Of a stretch of DNA of 45,281 bases, positions 33,991 to 45,281 are shown one piece after another. Numbering within the stretch: position 1 is the stretch's first letter; each line of letters opens with the position of its first letter. The position numbers were made by a program, and so were the translations under genes. The notes below the pieces were generated by a model, which saw nothing but the letters and a program-made list of their open reading frames with translations, had not been told where the DNA came from and did not search any database. The stretch is from Octopus bimaculoides (taxonomy: Eukaryota), in contig NC_068994.1 in assembly GCF_001194135.2 (NCBI RefSeq), positions 29,938,876 to 29,984,156 on the forward strand, given 5' to 3'.

Positions 33991-34163
33991 ATTTCTAATA
34001 AATTAATCAGAATTTCTAATAATCTAATAATTCTAATAAATTAATTAGAATTTCTAATAACTATTCAAAATTTTATTAATTTATTAGGAATATATTAGAA
34101 TATATTACAATTTCTAATAATTCTAATAAACATGTTAAACAAAATAAAATCTATTCTAATAAA
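33991..34163. repeat. TTCTAATAA minisatellite with units in both orientations
   Basis: About 8 TTCTAATAA-like units plus several T(T/A)TTAG(A/G)A inverse units. Confidence 0.75.
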
Positions 34164-34880
34164 TATCCAACTGAATGTTGTAGAAAAATCCAAATTAGAT
34201 GTGACATTATCATCATAACCACCACCATCATAATCAACATCATTATCCTCATAATCGCCATCATTATCATCATCACCACTATCATCATCACCATCATCAC
34301 CATTATCATCATCATTATTATTGTGACAGCTGCATCACTGCTACTACTACTGCAGGTGCTAAATATCATTTGGGAAATGCTATAGCATCTCACCCACACA
34401 GCTCCCCTTTTTGAGAATTTGAAGAACTTGTAGACAGCCTTGAGGAAAAGCATAAATGTCATCACTTCTCTCCTTGTTTTTTCCTCTCTTCTTTTGCTAT
34501 ATTACTACATTAATTTAGAAAATTGCTGCAACTACTACTACTACAACTTATCCAAACCAACGAGGAAGCCCTCTGTGTCATTGCTTGATCTGCTAAAAGT
34601 GGCTGTCAATCAAAGTTCCCCTCAAATCACATCATCATTATCATCCACTTCTCAATGTTTGCATGGGTTGAATGAAATTTTGTTGAGATAGGTTTTCTAT
34701 GGCTGAATGCTCTTTCTGTCATCATCCCTCACTTGTGTCAAACTAAGGTAGTATTTCCCCATGGCCAGACATGTTTTCATGAAGATTAGGAATAAAGAAC
34801 ACCACCTTCATGACAGTTACATTCATTTACAACAATCATGTAATATCCAAACAAAGTGAAAGTAACATGCACACACAAAA

Positions 34881-34915
<35 letters not shown>

Positions 34916-35350
34916 NNNNNNNNNNNNNNNNNNNNNNNNNNNNNNNNNNNNNNNNNNNNNNNNNNNNNNNNNNNNNNNNNNNNNNNNNNNNNNNNNNNNN
35001 NNNNNNNNNNNNNNNNNNNNNNNNNNNNNNNNNNNNNNNNNNNNNNNNNNNNNNNNNNNNNNNNNNNNNNNNNNNNNNNNNNNNNNNNNNNNNNNNNNNN
35101 NNNNNNNNNNNNNNNNNNNNNNNNNNNNNNNNNNNNNNNNNNNNNNNNNNNNNNNNNNNNNNNNNNNNNNNNNNNNNNNNNNNNNNNNNNNNNNNNNNNN
35201 NNNNNNNNNNNNNNNNNNNNNNNNNNNNNNNNNNNNNNNNNNNNNNNNNNNNNNNNNNNNNNNNNNNNNNNNNNNNNNNNNNNNNNNNNNNNNNNNNNNN
35301 NNNNNNNNNNNNNNNNNNNNNNNNNNNNNNNNNNNNNNNNNNNNNNNNNN
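34916..35350. other. Assembly gap inside (TA)n
   Basis: N run flanked by (TA)n on both sides. Confidence 1.
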
Positions 35351-35388
<38 letters not shown>

Positions 35389-35420
35389 TGTATGCATATA
35401 TATATGTATGTATGTGTTTA

Positions 35421-35580
35421 ATGACAGGCTTCTCTCAGTTTTTGCCTATCAAATCTGCCCACAAGGTTTTGTCAGCCCAGGGCTATAACAGAAGACACTT
35501 GTCCAAGATTCCACAAGTTCTGGGATTAAGCCCAGAACTTGTGGTTGGGAAACAAACTTCTTACCACATATACATGCCTA
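35421..35580 (-). mobile_element. SINE family A, 5' part
   Basis: GACAGGCTTCT..CACAAGGTTTTGTCAGCCCAGGGCTATAACAGAAGACACTTGTCC. Confidence 0.7.
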
Positions 35581-36103
35581 CTTTTAAAATAAAATAAACA
35601 GAATGGAAACATTAGATCAATGTATATAGACCGAGATGCACAATGTTTTAACAAAGCATGGGATGGTCATGATTGGAATGCCTTTAATCATAGGTCTTCT
35701 CAATTAGGACTGGTTTATAGTTAAGAAACAATTACTACTTATCACCATCAATACCCATCATTGTCATCATCATCATCACCATCATCATCATCATAGTGTG
35801 GCTGATCTTTTCCAAGGATGTATTAATAAAATATTGCCTTATCTGCTCAAAAGAACAAACACGACACAGATGTACACACACACATGTATCCAGTCATTCA
35901 TTCATAAATACATACAATACACACACAGAACAATATGCACAAACTTGTATGTCAACATTCATAAATACACACATTTGTAAGCAGTTCACATATACACTCA
36001 CAAATGTCATTAATATATACATTATAATAATCATTCTAATATTTTCAATTTTTTTTTTTTAATATTCCCATATGCATATATATGTTTATAGTATGTGTTT
36101 TTG

Positions 36104-36191
<88 letters not shown>

Positions 36192-36872
36192 TACATACAT
36201 AAAACTACACAGGTTATGTGTATTTAATCACAAGAAAGGCAGTACAACTGGCTGACTTGGACTGCAAAAGCTCCCATCTAGCTGTTTTTTCCACAACTAA
36301 TCAGGTGCCAGGTGCTTTACTGTTTTGAGTTCAAACCCCACCTAAGTGGACTTTAATTTTCATCCTTGTATTGTTGAGAATATAAAAGACCAGCCCTGAA
36401 CTGGCTTTGATTCTGTTGACCATAGTTAATGCTGCCCTGTGAAACATGGCATAGTGCCTGATCAAAAGTAGTTTTTATTTAACCTATCTTTGTACATGCT
36501 TTCATTCATACATGAGAACATTGAAATATTCCATCCTTTTGACCAAAATAATTTCCACCACCACCTCCACACCTACCCATCCTTATTCATCATTGGTTGT
36601 CAATTAATTAACATTCCGACTATTTTAATTGGCTGATGATATATGTATGCCAGCCAATGAAATCGCAATGTTTCCAATCATATGTTTCCAGCCTTACACT
36701 TCTATCTAATATTACGCTTCCAAATTCTAATAACTGATTGTCATTTGTCTCATATATAACCATTTGTGGTTTGCTGAAAAAATGTTTCAAGGATGATATT
36801 ACGTAGACCTGTGTAGAAATTTATCAACTTCTAATATTTGAAAATATAAAAAAAAAAAACAATCTTTACACA

Positions 36873-36906
<34 letters not shown>

Positions 36907-37717
36907 TGTGTATATATATGTACATATATATATATACTTATATGTATGTATATATATATGTACACATATTCACAAACATATACATACATATGCATATATA
37001 TTATTTATACACATATATATAGATATGTATACATATATATGTATATATATGTGTGTGTCTGAAGAACCAACCAACTGGTTGTCTGTTGTCTAATAAATCT
37101 GCTGCCTGCCATTTAATTTTTTGTTATAATTGTTTAATTGTTTGTTATTATTGTCTAATTTGATGAAAGCCATTTCTTGAAATATATAATTCTTCACCAG
37201 CAAATTAACAATGTTTCAGGATCTTATTCCACTCAGCTGTGGATACAGTATCCCCCTCTCTAATACTGCATCCAATGTGTGAGCGAGTGAAAGAATTACT
37301 AGTAGAAGTATCCCTCATGAGGTAGCTACTTCTAACAAAAGGATAGAGTGTAGAAGCCCATTCGGTGTTATCCTGTCGTCCATAGAATTTAAGTGATAGC
37401 AAGCATTTTATAATTTAATTTATTTCAATTTGGCATGCAAGCAAAGCAACTCATATTCAAACAAAAACTTTATGACTAATGGAAATACAGAGCTTATCCA
37501 GGATCAGTAAGCCACTGGTACTCCCCATAGGCAAAATGAAAAACACAACCACCAAGAAATTTAGTGTTCACAGAAAGTAAACAAAACTTTAAATGTTGAT
37601 CAGATTATCAATATTCAAGATTTTACTTACAAATAGTTTAAAAAAAAAGGAACATGTTGTGATTGTAAATTGTTCAAAACTCTTGAGTTGATTTACCTAC
37701 AATAATAGTTTGAAGTG

Positions 37718-37997
37718 AAGATGTGCAACCTTGTGGTTAGAACATTGCACTTACAGTTATGAGATTATGGTTCCAAATTCTGGACTGAGCAGTTTATTGC
37801 ATTCTTGAGTAAAACATCATTTCACACTTACTCAAGTTCACTCAACCGAAAATGAGTTCTCACAGTATCTGAGAAACTAACTCATTGACAGACTGGCATC
37901 TCATTCAGAGCAGAGCATTATAATCTCAGACACTTTTATACACCATGAAAACTGGGTTAATCTTTGACTTTATGAGTTCTGGAGCCCATGACAGACC
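37718..37997 (+). mobile_element. tRNA-head SINE, family D, old copy
   Basis: TGTGGTTAG..GGTTCCAAATTC head; TTCTTGAGTAAAACATCATTTCAC core. Confidence 0.55.
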
Positions 37998-39015
37998 TTA
38001 GTAGAGTTTCAACTACTTCATTATTAGAGCTAGTCCATGTTGAAAAGGAGAGTATGTTGCCTATCAGAGAGGAGCAAGTATGAGCAAAAGAAAGGTAACA
38101 GGGGAGTGATAAGGAATGGTGTTTGTTTGAATCCAGACCTTCCAGATTGCTGGATTAATACAGCCTGATCATTAGATTCTGTAACAAGCAAGCTTTCTAG
38201 TGGTTTTATATATTAAGTCACAAAAATGATGAGAATCTAAATGAGGAACTAGTCTTAAGAATGTATAGTACTATTTTAGGGGTGGACAATACTCAGAATT
38301 TAAAAAAAAAAACCCATTGATTGAACTCATTACTACTGTAATGTTTAAGAAATGAACTAAGGAAAATGAATAGACACACATACATGAAGGAGTGTCAACA
38401 TGGTCATTTGACATGCTAAAAATAGAAACCAAATTCATTTCAAATTGCACCATAAAGTCTTGAATAAATGAAGAGAAGAACACTGGACAGTGAATTTTTT
38501 AATGTATAAAAGGACAGGGTGGTCATTGTTGGAATATCTTTGATTATAGGTCTGTTTGATCAGACCAGAGCTGATGTCAGCTAAACAACATATGAATTCA
38601 AATGAAATTATCTCCCTTCAGATAAAATCCTGATAAATTTGTGACATGTTAATGAGAAATCCTTGTCTTAGTTAAGGAAATTAAAATCATTGGTTAGTAA
38701 AACTCCTTTCATAAATTTATGAAGTTAAATAATTCCTATAAATGTCTTGTATCAAACAGCTTACTTTTGATGGCAAACTTATGACCAAAGGCATACTACC
38801 CATAATCATCTATACCCAAGACTTTATTACCTGTGGAGTTTCAGTTTATGTACTCCCAAATTTGTATATATTTGAACTCTGATATTTTGGTAATTATATG
38901 TATTCAAACCTACTGATTACAAACAGGCAAAATATTTTTGAATCCTTGACCCCAGACATTAACCCAAAATGTTAAACCATAGCCTTAAACCTTAACACTA
39001 ACTTTAAACCCTAAT

Positions 39016-39406
39016 CATCATCATTTAGCATCTGTTTTCCATGCTGTCATGGGTTAAACAGTTTGACTAGAACTGGTATGCTGGAGAACTGCACCAGGCT
39101 CCAGTCTGTTTTGGCCTGGTTTCTACATTTAGATGCCCTTCCTAACACCAACCACTCCACAGTATACCTGGTGCTTTTTACATGTCACCAGCACAGGTGC
39201 CTTTTGTGTGTCACTAACACAAATGCCTTTTGTGTGTCAGTGACACTGGCTATGACTGTGATTTCACTTAGCTTGATGAGTCTTCTCGAGCACAGTAAAT
39301 CAGCAAAAGTCTCAGTCACTTGTCATTGCCTCTGTGAGATTCAGCATCCAAAGATCATATTTCACCACCTCATCCCATGTCTTCCTGGGTCTACCTCTTC
39401 CACAAG
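39016..39406 (-). mobile_element. RTE LINE 3' fragment
   Basis: Minus strand encodes CGRGRPRKTWDEVVKYDL..LTEAMTSD*, then the 3' UTR and (GAT)n. Confidence 0.85.
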
Positions 39407-41242
39407 AACAACTTGAGATAATCCTAAACCTTAAACCCTAATATCTACAGAACAGAGAACCCTAATAGTACATATAAACTAAATTAAATTTCTTTGTGTA
39501 TTATTAATTTTTAGTGCACATGTACAAAAACCCAAGCGAACAGGACTGTCAAGTATATATTTTGAAAAATTTGTTTCAAATCATAAGGCCTAGGATTCTG
39601 TATATTTCTGACCTTATCTCAGGTTGTTCCAAGCTTTGCAAAGAAAATTAGGTTGACAGAAACTGTGGAAGAAATTTAGGTGGATTCAGAACCAACTTAG
39701 CAGCATTATAGGCCCCTTGGTAAATCATTGCAATTAGGCTCTATAGTATTTATTTACTGACAGCAAGTCACAGCATACATAGATCAGAATTGGACCCCTA
39801 GACCCAAAAGGCCCCTAGTGTGCCCAAGCCTTAAGACAGCACTGGGTGGATTATACTTGTAATTGGAAAGGGATCAATCTTGTCACTCTTAGTTATCCAT
39901 TGGATTACATTGTTAAATCACCCTCAACTGAGCCGACCTATGATCAGACATAACAGCCTGATTAGCCATCTTAATGTGTCCTGTCCCTTTTTAAGGTGTT
40001 ATTTGAAGTTAACTGATTATTTCTAGCTGATCAAACCTTATACAAACTAGCTGAACCTGTGAATATTTCACGGAATTAATGGTAAACTTATTTCTGAAAA
40101 CTTTATCCAAAAGACTTGAAAGCATAGCCTGTGTTATGTCTGTATGGAAAGATAGTCACTCATCTGCTACTAACTGAAAAGTGAAAGAAATTGGAAAACG
40201 TTGATTACTTAATATATTTTATATACTTTATGCATAATTTTATAGATTTAATGCATAGCACTCATAAAATAAATATTCACTCTTATTTTTCCATTTTCCC
40301 CATAAACGGAAAATATATCCCATACATATGATGCAACTTTAAGTTAAATTGCATATATCTGCCATGTAAATAAGCATGAATATTTCACAGAATTACACTT
40401 ATGCGCATGTGTTAAGTGATAGGTGATATAAAAAACTTAGTTAAATTTTAAAAAGAACACTTTTCACTATGCATGCACTGCTGTCACCTCCATCATCTTC
40501 TCTCTCTTTCTCCTCTCTCTCTCTCTCTCTCTCCCCTTTCTCTCTGCCTTTCTTTAATCTCACCATCAGAACATCACCCCTCTGCTAAAATTACATTTCT
40601 AACTCTCTTTCTCTATATCACTACCTTCAACTAACTTTTTTAACCACATAATAAATATTACGTTCCCCCCACCACACGTCATGAATGCTCTTTTTCTCTC
40701 TCTGTCTTTTCTCTCTCCTTCTCTCTGTCTCACTCTTCACCTTATCCTCTTTTTCTCTTTTTTTCTTTCTCCTCTCTTTCCCTTCAACTAATCACTTGAA
40801 AGTGTTACAATTACATTCCCTCTACCTTATGTCATGGATGCTTCTCTCTCTCTCTTTTTCTCTTTCCCTCTTTTTCTCTAATCACATGAAAGCATTACCA
40901 ATTGGCTAAGTAACATAATGACAAGCAGAATTATTATAGTATAATACAGCAATTTCATAGTACTGTTGAATAAACCTTGTCAACACTAACATAAGAACTA
41001 TCCATGGAGAGAGTCAGGTATCACAAAATATTGGTAAACAGAATATTAATAAGTTCTCAGCAAATAAAATCGAAGTCACAGTTTCAGTTCCTTTTCATAA
41101 ACGTCTTCAGGAAAGAAATTCCTAGCCCCTTCCACTAAAACCAGCAAGACTTAATCTGTCATTAATTAATGGATACCTATCTTAATGAAACACCAAGCAA
41201 AAATACATTTATTAGCATCTTCATCATTGATGATGCAATTAG

Positions 41243-41734
41243 TTTGGTCATGTGATGCGTATGGTTGAGGACAGCTGTGTAAAGAAGTGCTGAGCTCTAA
41301 TTGTGAAGGGCACCTATGGAAGGGGTAGACCCAGGAATATGTAGGACAAAGTGGTGAGAAAAAAGGCCTTTGGATATTGGGCCTCACTGAGGAAATGACA
41401 AGGGATCAGGAGATGTAGCAATTTGCTGTACATAAAAAGACACGTCAAGCTAAGTAAAATTGCTGTCTTCCACACATACAGGCTTGTCCTTTCAGGTGCC
41501 AGGGCCACATAAAAAGCACCTGTGCCAGTACTGCATGAACACACCTGTGCCAGTGTTGCATAAATGCATCCATGCATGTAAAAAGCACCCAGCACACTGT
41601 TTTTGTGGTTGGCATTAGGAAGGGCATCCAGCTGTAGAAGCCATGCCACAACAGTCTAGATAGCTCCCAGCTGGCCAGCTCCATTTCAAACCATCCAACC
41701 CATACCAGCATGGAAAATGGACGTTAAACTGATG
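41243..41734 (+). mobile_element. RTE LINE 3' fragment
   Basis: FGHVMRMVEDSCVKKC*..GRGRPRNM*DKVV, then a 3' UTR ending CATGGAAAATGGACGTTAAA. Confidence 0.85.
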
Positions 41735-41944
41735 TACACTTTTCCAGCTTTTCATGGATCAGATGAAATTTGTTGAAGCAGATTGTTAGTGGTCAGATGC
41801 CCTTCCAGTTACCAACCATCACCTGTTTCCAAGTTAATATTTCTTATGGACAGACACATTTTCCCCATACTCCACAGCAGAAATGTTATGGCCACTCCCC
41901 TTGATGAAGTGTATTGGCCTACAAGAGTCTTATGCCAATGTTAT

Positions 41945-42130
41945 GTAAAAAGCACTCATGTCAGTGCCATATGTGAGCACTTGTGTGGTATCATGAAAAG
42001 CACCCAGCATACTCTGTAAAGTGGTTGGCGTTAGGAAGGGAATTCAGTCATAGAAATCATACTGAATCAGACTGGAATCTGGCGCAGCTCATGCCAGCAT
42101 GGACAAGAAATGTTGATAATGATGATGATG
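41945..42130 (+). mobile_element. RTE LINE 3' UTR fragment with (GAT)n tail
   Basis: AAAAGCACCCAGCATACTCTGTAAAGTGGTTGGCGTTAGGAAGGG..GATGATGATG. Confidence 0.7.
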
Positions 42131-43107
42131 AAGGCCAAGCCAAAATGCTTGCAACAGAGTAGACTTCACTAAAGACACTCAAAGTGCCTTTAGTAAAATC
42201 AACTGGATGCTTGGGTGTGATAAACCAAGAAATGGATTAAGTCTAGTCCCATCTTATACCTTCATTTTTATGGATTCAATAAAAAAAAAAACAGTAGCTG
42301 TCAAGTACTGGAACTGATTTAATTCACTATACCTGCCAACAAAATTTCTGACCTGTATAAGAAATGAATTGCTTATACTTCTTTGTTCAAGTTTAAGGTG
42401 AGGGAGAAAAAAATAATCACACCCAGTTTGGTTGTTTAACCTACCTATCCTTTGCTATTTCTTTCTTTCTTCCATTATACTTGCTTTTGCTAACAGCCCC
42501 AGAACCTAATGTAAATTACTATATGGAGATGAAATTTTTATCTTACTAACACTGTTTTAGGAAGACAGTTTTATCAAAAATTCAAAGTAAAACATGGAAC
42601 TGTATTACTGTGAAGACATAACTTGAATTCAAATCCTGTTTCAGTCAACATTCATTCCTGCACCAGTGATAAAATAATCATCAAGATTACATTGAGATTA
42701 AATCAGTTAACTATAATCTTCCCTTAGAAAGATATCAATATTTATTATCCTATAAAACATGAAGTGTGGATAATGAAGAATTGGAAGATATTGGACAATA
42801 TACCTTGTGATATTGAGTTATATCACTTAAAATTTCCAAATACAAATCTGTCAGAGCCAACTTTTCCTTTCATCCTATGAGGGTTGATGAAATAAAACTT
42901 CAATAAAATAAATATTCAATAAGAGTATAAATCTATTTTGATCTCATTAACCATAACAATTCATCCCCTTTTCAAACATTCCCAGGTCCCTTTGAAGGGT
43001 TCCCCATGAATCTAGGTGATTAATTGCATCATCAACACTAGAGGTGCAGTCTGTCGGCAAAAGTCATATATTGTTGATTTGGGTTTAAAATGCTTACACA
43101 ACAACAT

Positions 43108-43445
43108 AGAAGGTATGACTGTGTGGTTAAGAACCTCATCTTGCAACCCCATGGTTTTGGGTTCAGACCCATGGCATGGTACCTTGAGTGTCTTCTACTA
43201 TAGCACCAGGCCAATCAATGTTTTGTAAGTAAGTTTGGGAGATGAAGATGTGTTTGTCTGCCCTACATGCTTGACCTCTGATGTTGGTTTGTTTGTGTCT
43301 CCAAAACTTACTCATTCAGCTAAAGACACCGAAAGACTAAGTAACAGACTTTCAAAAAATAAGTATTAGGGTCAATTTGTTTGACAAACCCTTCAAGGCA
43401 GTGCCCCAGCATGGCTGTAGTCCAATGACTTAAACAAGTACAAGA
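43108..43445 (+). mobile_element. SINE family A, old full-length copy
   Basis: Colinear with 855-1250. Confidence 0.7.
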
Positions 43446-43543
43446 ACAGTGAAAAACCAGTTAAACAATAACATCTAGCTCTTCCAAGCCTTTAGTAGAA
43501 CCCACTCTATGGCAAGTATCTGGGTAAGATCTATATTCTTTTG

Positions 43544-43740
43544 TTCTTTTACTTATTTCAGTAATAAGACTGTGGCCATGCAGGGGCACTGCTTTGAAGA
43601 ATTTTGCTCGATTGAATTGACCTTTTTTATTTTTGTTTAAGCATGGTACTTATTCTATCAGTCTCTTTTGCTGAACTACTAAGTTCTAGGGATGTAAACA
43701 CAAAACCAGTTGTCAGACGGTGGTGAGAGACAAACACATA
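43544..43740 (-). mobile_element. SINE family A, 3' half
   Basis: TTCTTTTACTTATTTCAGT..CCATGCAGGGGCACTGC..CTATCAGTCTCTTTTGCTGAAC. Confidence 0.7.
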
Positions 43741-43755
43741 AAGAATAACACACAG

Positions 43756-44100
43756 TACTTTGGGCAAATGTCTTCTTCTATAGCTTCGGACCCAACCAAA
43801 GCCTTGTGAATGGATTTAGTAGACAGAAACTGAAAGAAACCCATCATATGTATGCATGTGTCTTTATGTCTGTGTTTGTCCTCCTACACCACTTGACAAC
43901 TAGTGTCGGTGTATTCATGTCCCCATAACTAAGCAGTTCAGCAAAAAGAGGCCAATAGGATAAGTACCAGGTTTTAAAATCTGATGGGATAACTACCAGG
44001 CTTGAAAAAAAGTCCTGGGGTTGATTTGTTCAATTAAAACCCTTCAAAGTGGTGCCCCAGGATAGCCACAGCCAAATGACTGAAACAAGTAAAAGATTAT
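43756..44100 (+). mobile_element. SINE family A, 5'-truncated
   Basis: Ends GACTGAAACAAGTAAAAGA at the gap edge. Confidence 0.75.
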
Positions 44101-44102
44101 AT

Positions 44103-44773
44103 NNNNNNNNNNNNNNNNNNNNNNNNNNNNNNNNNNNNNNNNNNNNNNNNNNNNNNNNNNNNNNNNNNNNNNNNNNNNNNNNNNNNNNNNNNNNNNNNNN
44201 NNNNNNNNNNNNNNNNNNNNNNNNNNNNNNNNNNNNNNNNNNNNNNNNNNNNNNNNNNNNNNNNNNNNNNNNNNNNNNNNNNNNNNNNNNNNNNNNNNNN
44301 NNNNNNNNNNNNNNNNNNNNNNNNNNNNNNNNNNNNNNNNNNNNNNNNNNNNNNNNNNNNNNNNNNNNNNNNNNNNNNNNNNNNNNNNNNNNNNNNNNNN
44401 NNNNNNNNNNNNNNNNNNNNNNNNNNNNNNNNNNNNNNNNNNNNNNNNNNNNNNNNNNNNNNNNNNNNNNNNNNNNNNNNNNNNNNNNNNNNNNNNNNNN
44501 NNNNNNNNNNNNNNNNNNNNNNNNNNNNNNNNNNNNNNNNNNNNNNNNNNNNNNNNNNNNNNNNNNNNNNNNNNNNNNNNNNNNNNNNNNNNNNNNNNNN
44601 NNNNNNNNNNNNNNNNNNNNNNNNNNNNNNNNNNNNNNNNNNNNNNNNNNNNNNNNNNNNNNNNNNNNNNNNNNNNNNNNNNNNNNNNNNNNNNNNNNNN
44701 NNNNNNNNNNNNNNNNNNNNNNNNNNNNNNNNNNNNNNNNNNNNNNNNNNNNNNNNNNNNNNNNNNNNNNNNN
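44103..44773. other. Assembly gap (671 N) between tail-to-tail SINEs
   Basis: N run. Confidence 1.
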
Positions 44774-44774
44774 T

Positions 44775-44973
44775 GTAAAATCTTTTACTTGTTTCAGTCA
44801 TTTGGCTGGGGCACCACTTTGAAGGGTTTTAGTTGAGCAAAATCGACTTCGGGACTTTTTTTTTTAAGCCTGGTAATTTATCCTATCGGTCTCTTTTTGC
44901 TGAACTGCTAAGTTATGGGGATGCAAACACACCAACACTGGTTGTCGAGCGGTGAAGGAAGACAAACACACAC
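44775..44973 (-). mobile_element. SINE family A, 3' half
   Basis: TCTTTTACTTGTTTCAGTCATTTGGCTGGGGCACCACTTTGAAGGG..CTATCGGTCTCTTTTTGCTGAAC. Confidence 0.8.
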
Positions 44974-45281
44974 ATCTACAGAAACATCTGCAGAAATGCC
45001 AGACCTGGGAATTCACAGTACACATCAGGACAACACAGCAGAAGAGGGGCAACCTTAGAATCTCTGAGGCCATCCTCATACATTAAAGGAAACCAAATAT
45101 CAACAACAGAAGAGAGTTACAGGAAGCTAACTGGTTGCTAGAGCAACACCTTTCTGCACAAGTCCACTCCACACATGCACATCGGCAACATTCATTAATT
45201 TCTTGAAAATGGGATCATAATCCCAAAATATTGAATGCAAGGTGAGTCTACGTTAATTCATATATTTGTTTTCTTGTGATT

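Noticed and set aside
34810-35488. Long ORFs of 188-257 aa here and at 44049-44822, 9120-9452, 10379-10807
   Set aside because: They are open only because they run through N-gaps.

Overview
AT-rich, microsatellite-dense animal genomic DNA from a draft assembly with 7 N-gaps. The repeat families look like those of octopus (inference from recalled sequences, not a database search). The only gene I can support is a + strand C2H2 zinc-finger gene whose CDS appears to be one coding exon (ATG 12822, stop 15351). It has a Gly-rich N-terminus, 12 fingers (11 intact) and an Asn/Ser/His-rich tail, and the ORF track's 822-aa start is a frame artefact of an N-gap. Everything else recognisable is mobile DNA. 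It includes a fossil hAT transposase with a nested SINE, a fossil CRE-clade-like retrotransposon, RTE-clade LINE fragments (one with a PHD-like finger inside the RT region), at least four SINE-like families, foldback hairpins and simple repeats. The best leads are: (1) near-uniform Q(-1)/N(+3)/N(+6) recognition helices that predict an (NAA)n target, next to a same-strand SINE array joined by (ATT)n tails; (2) a CpG-retention boundary seen within one SINE family; (3) near-perfect hairpins at gap edges; (4) the CRE-like relic. No rRNA, true tRNA gene or CRISPR array is supported.
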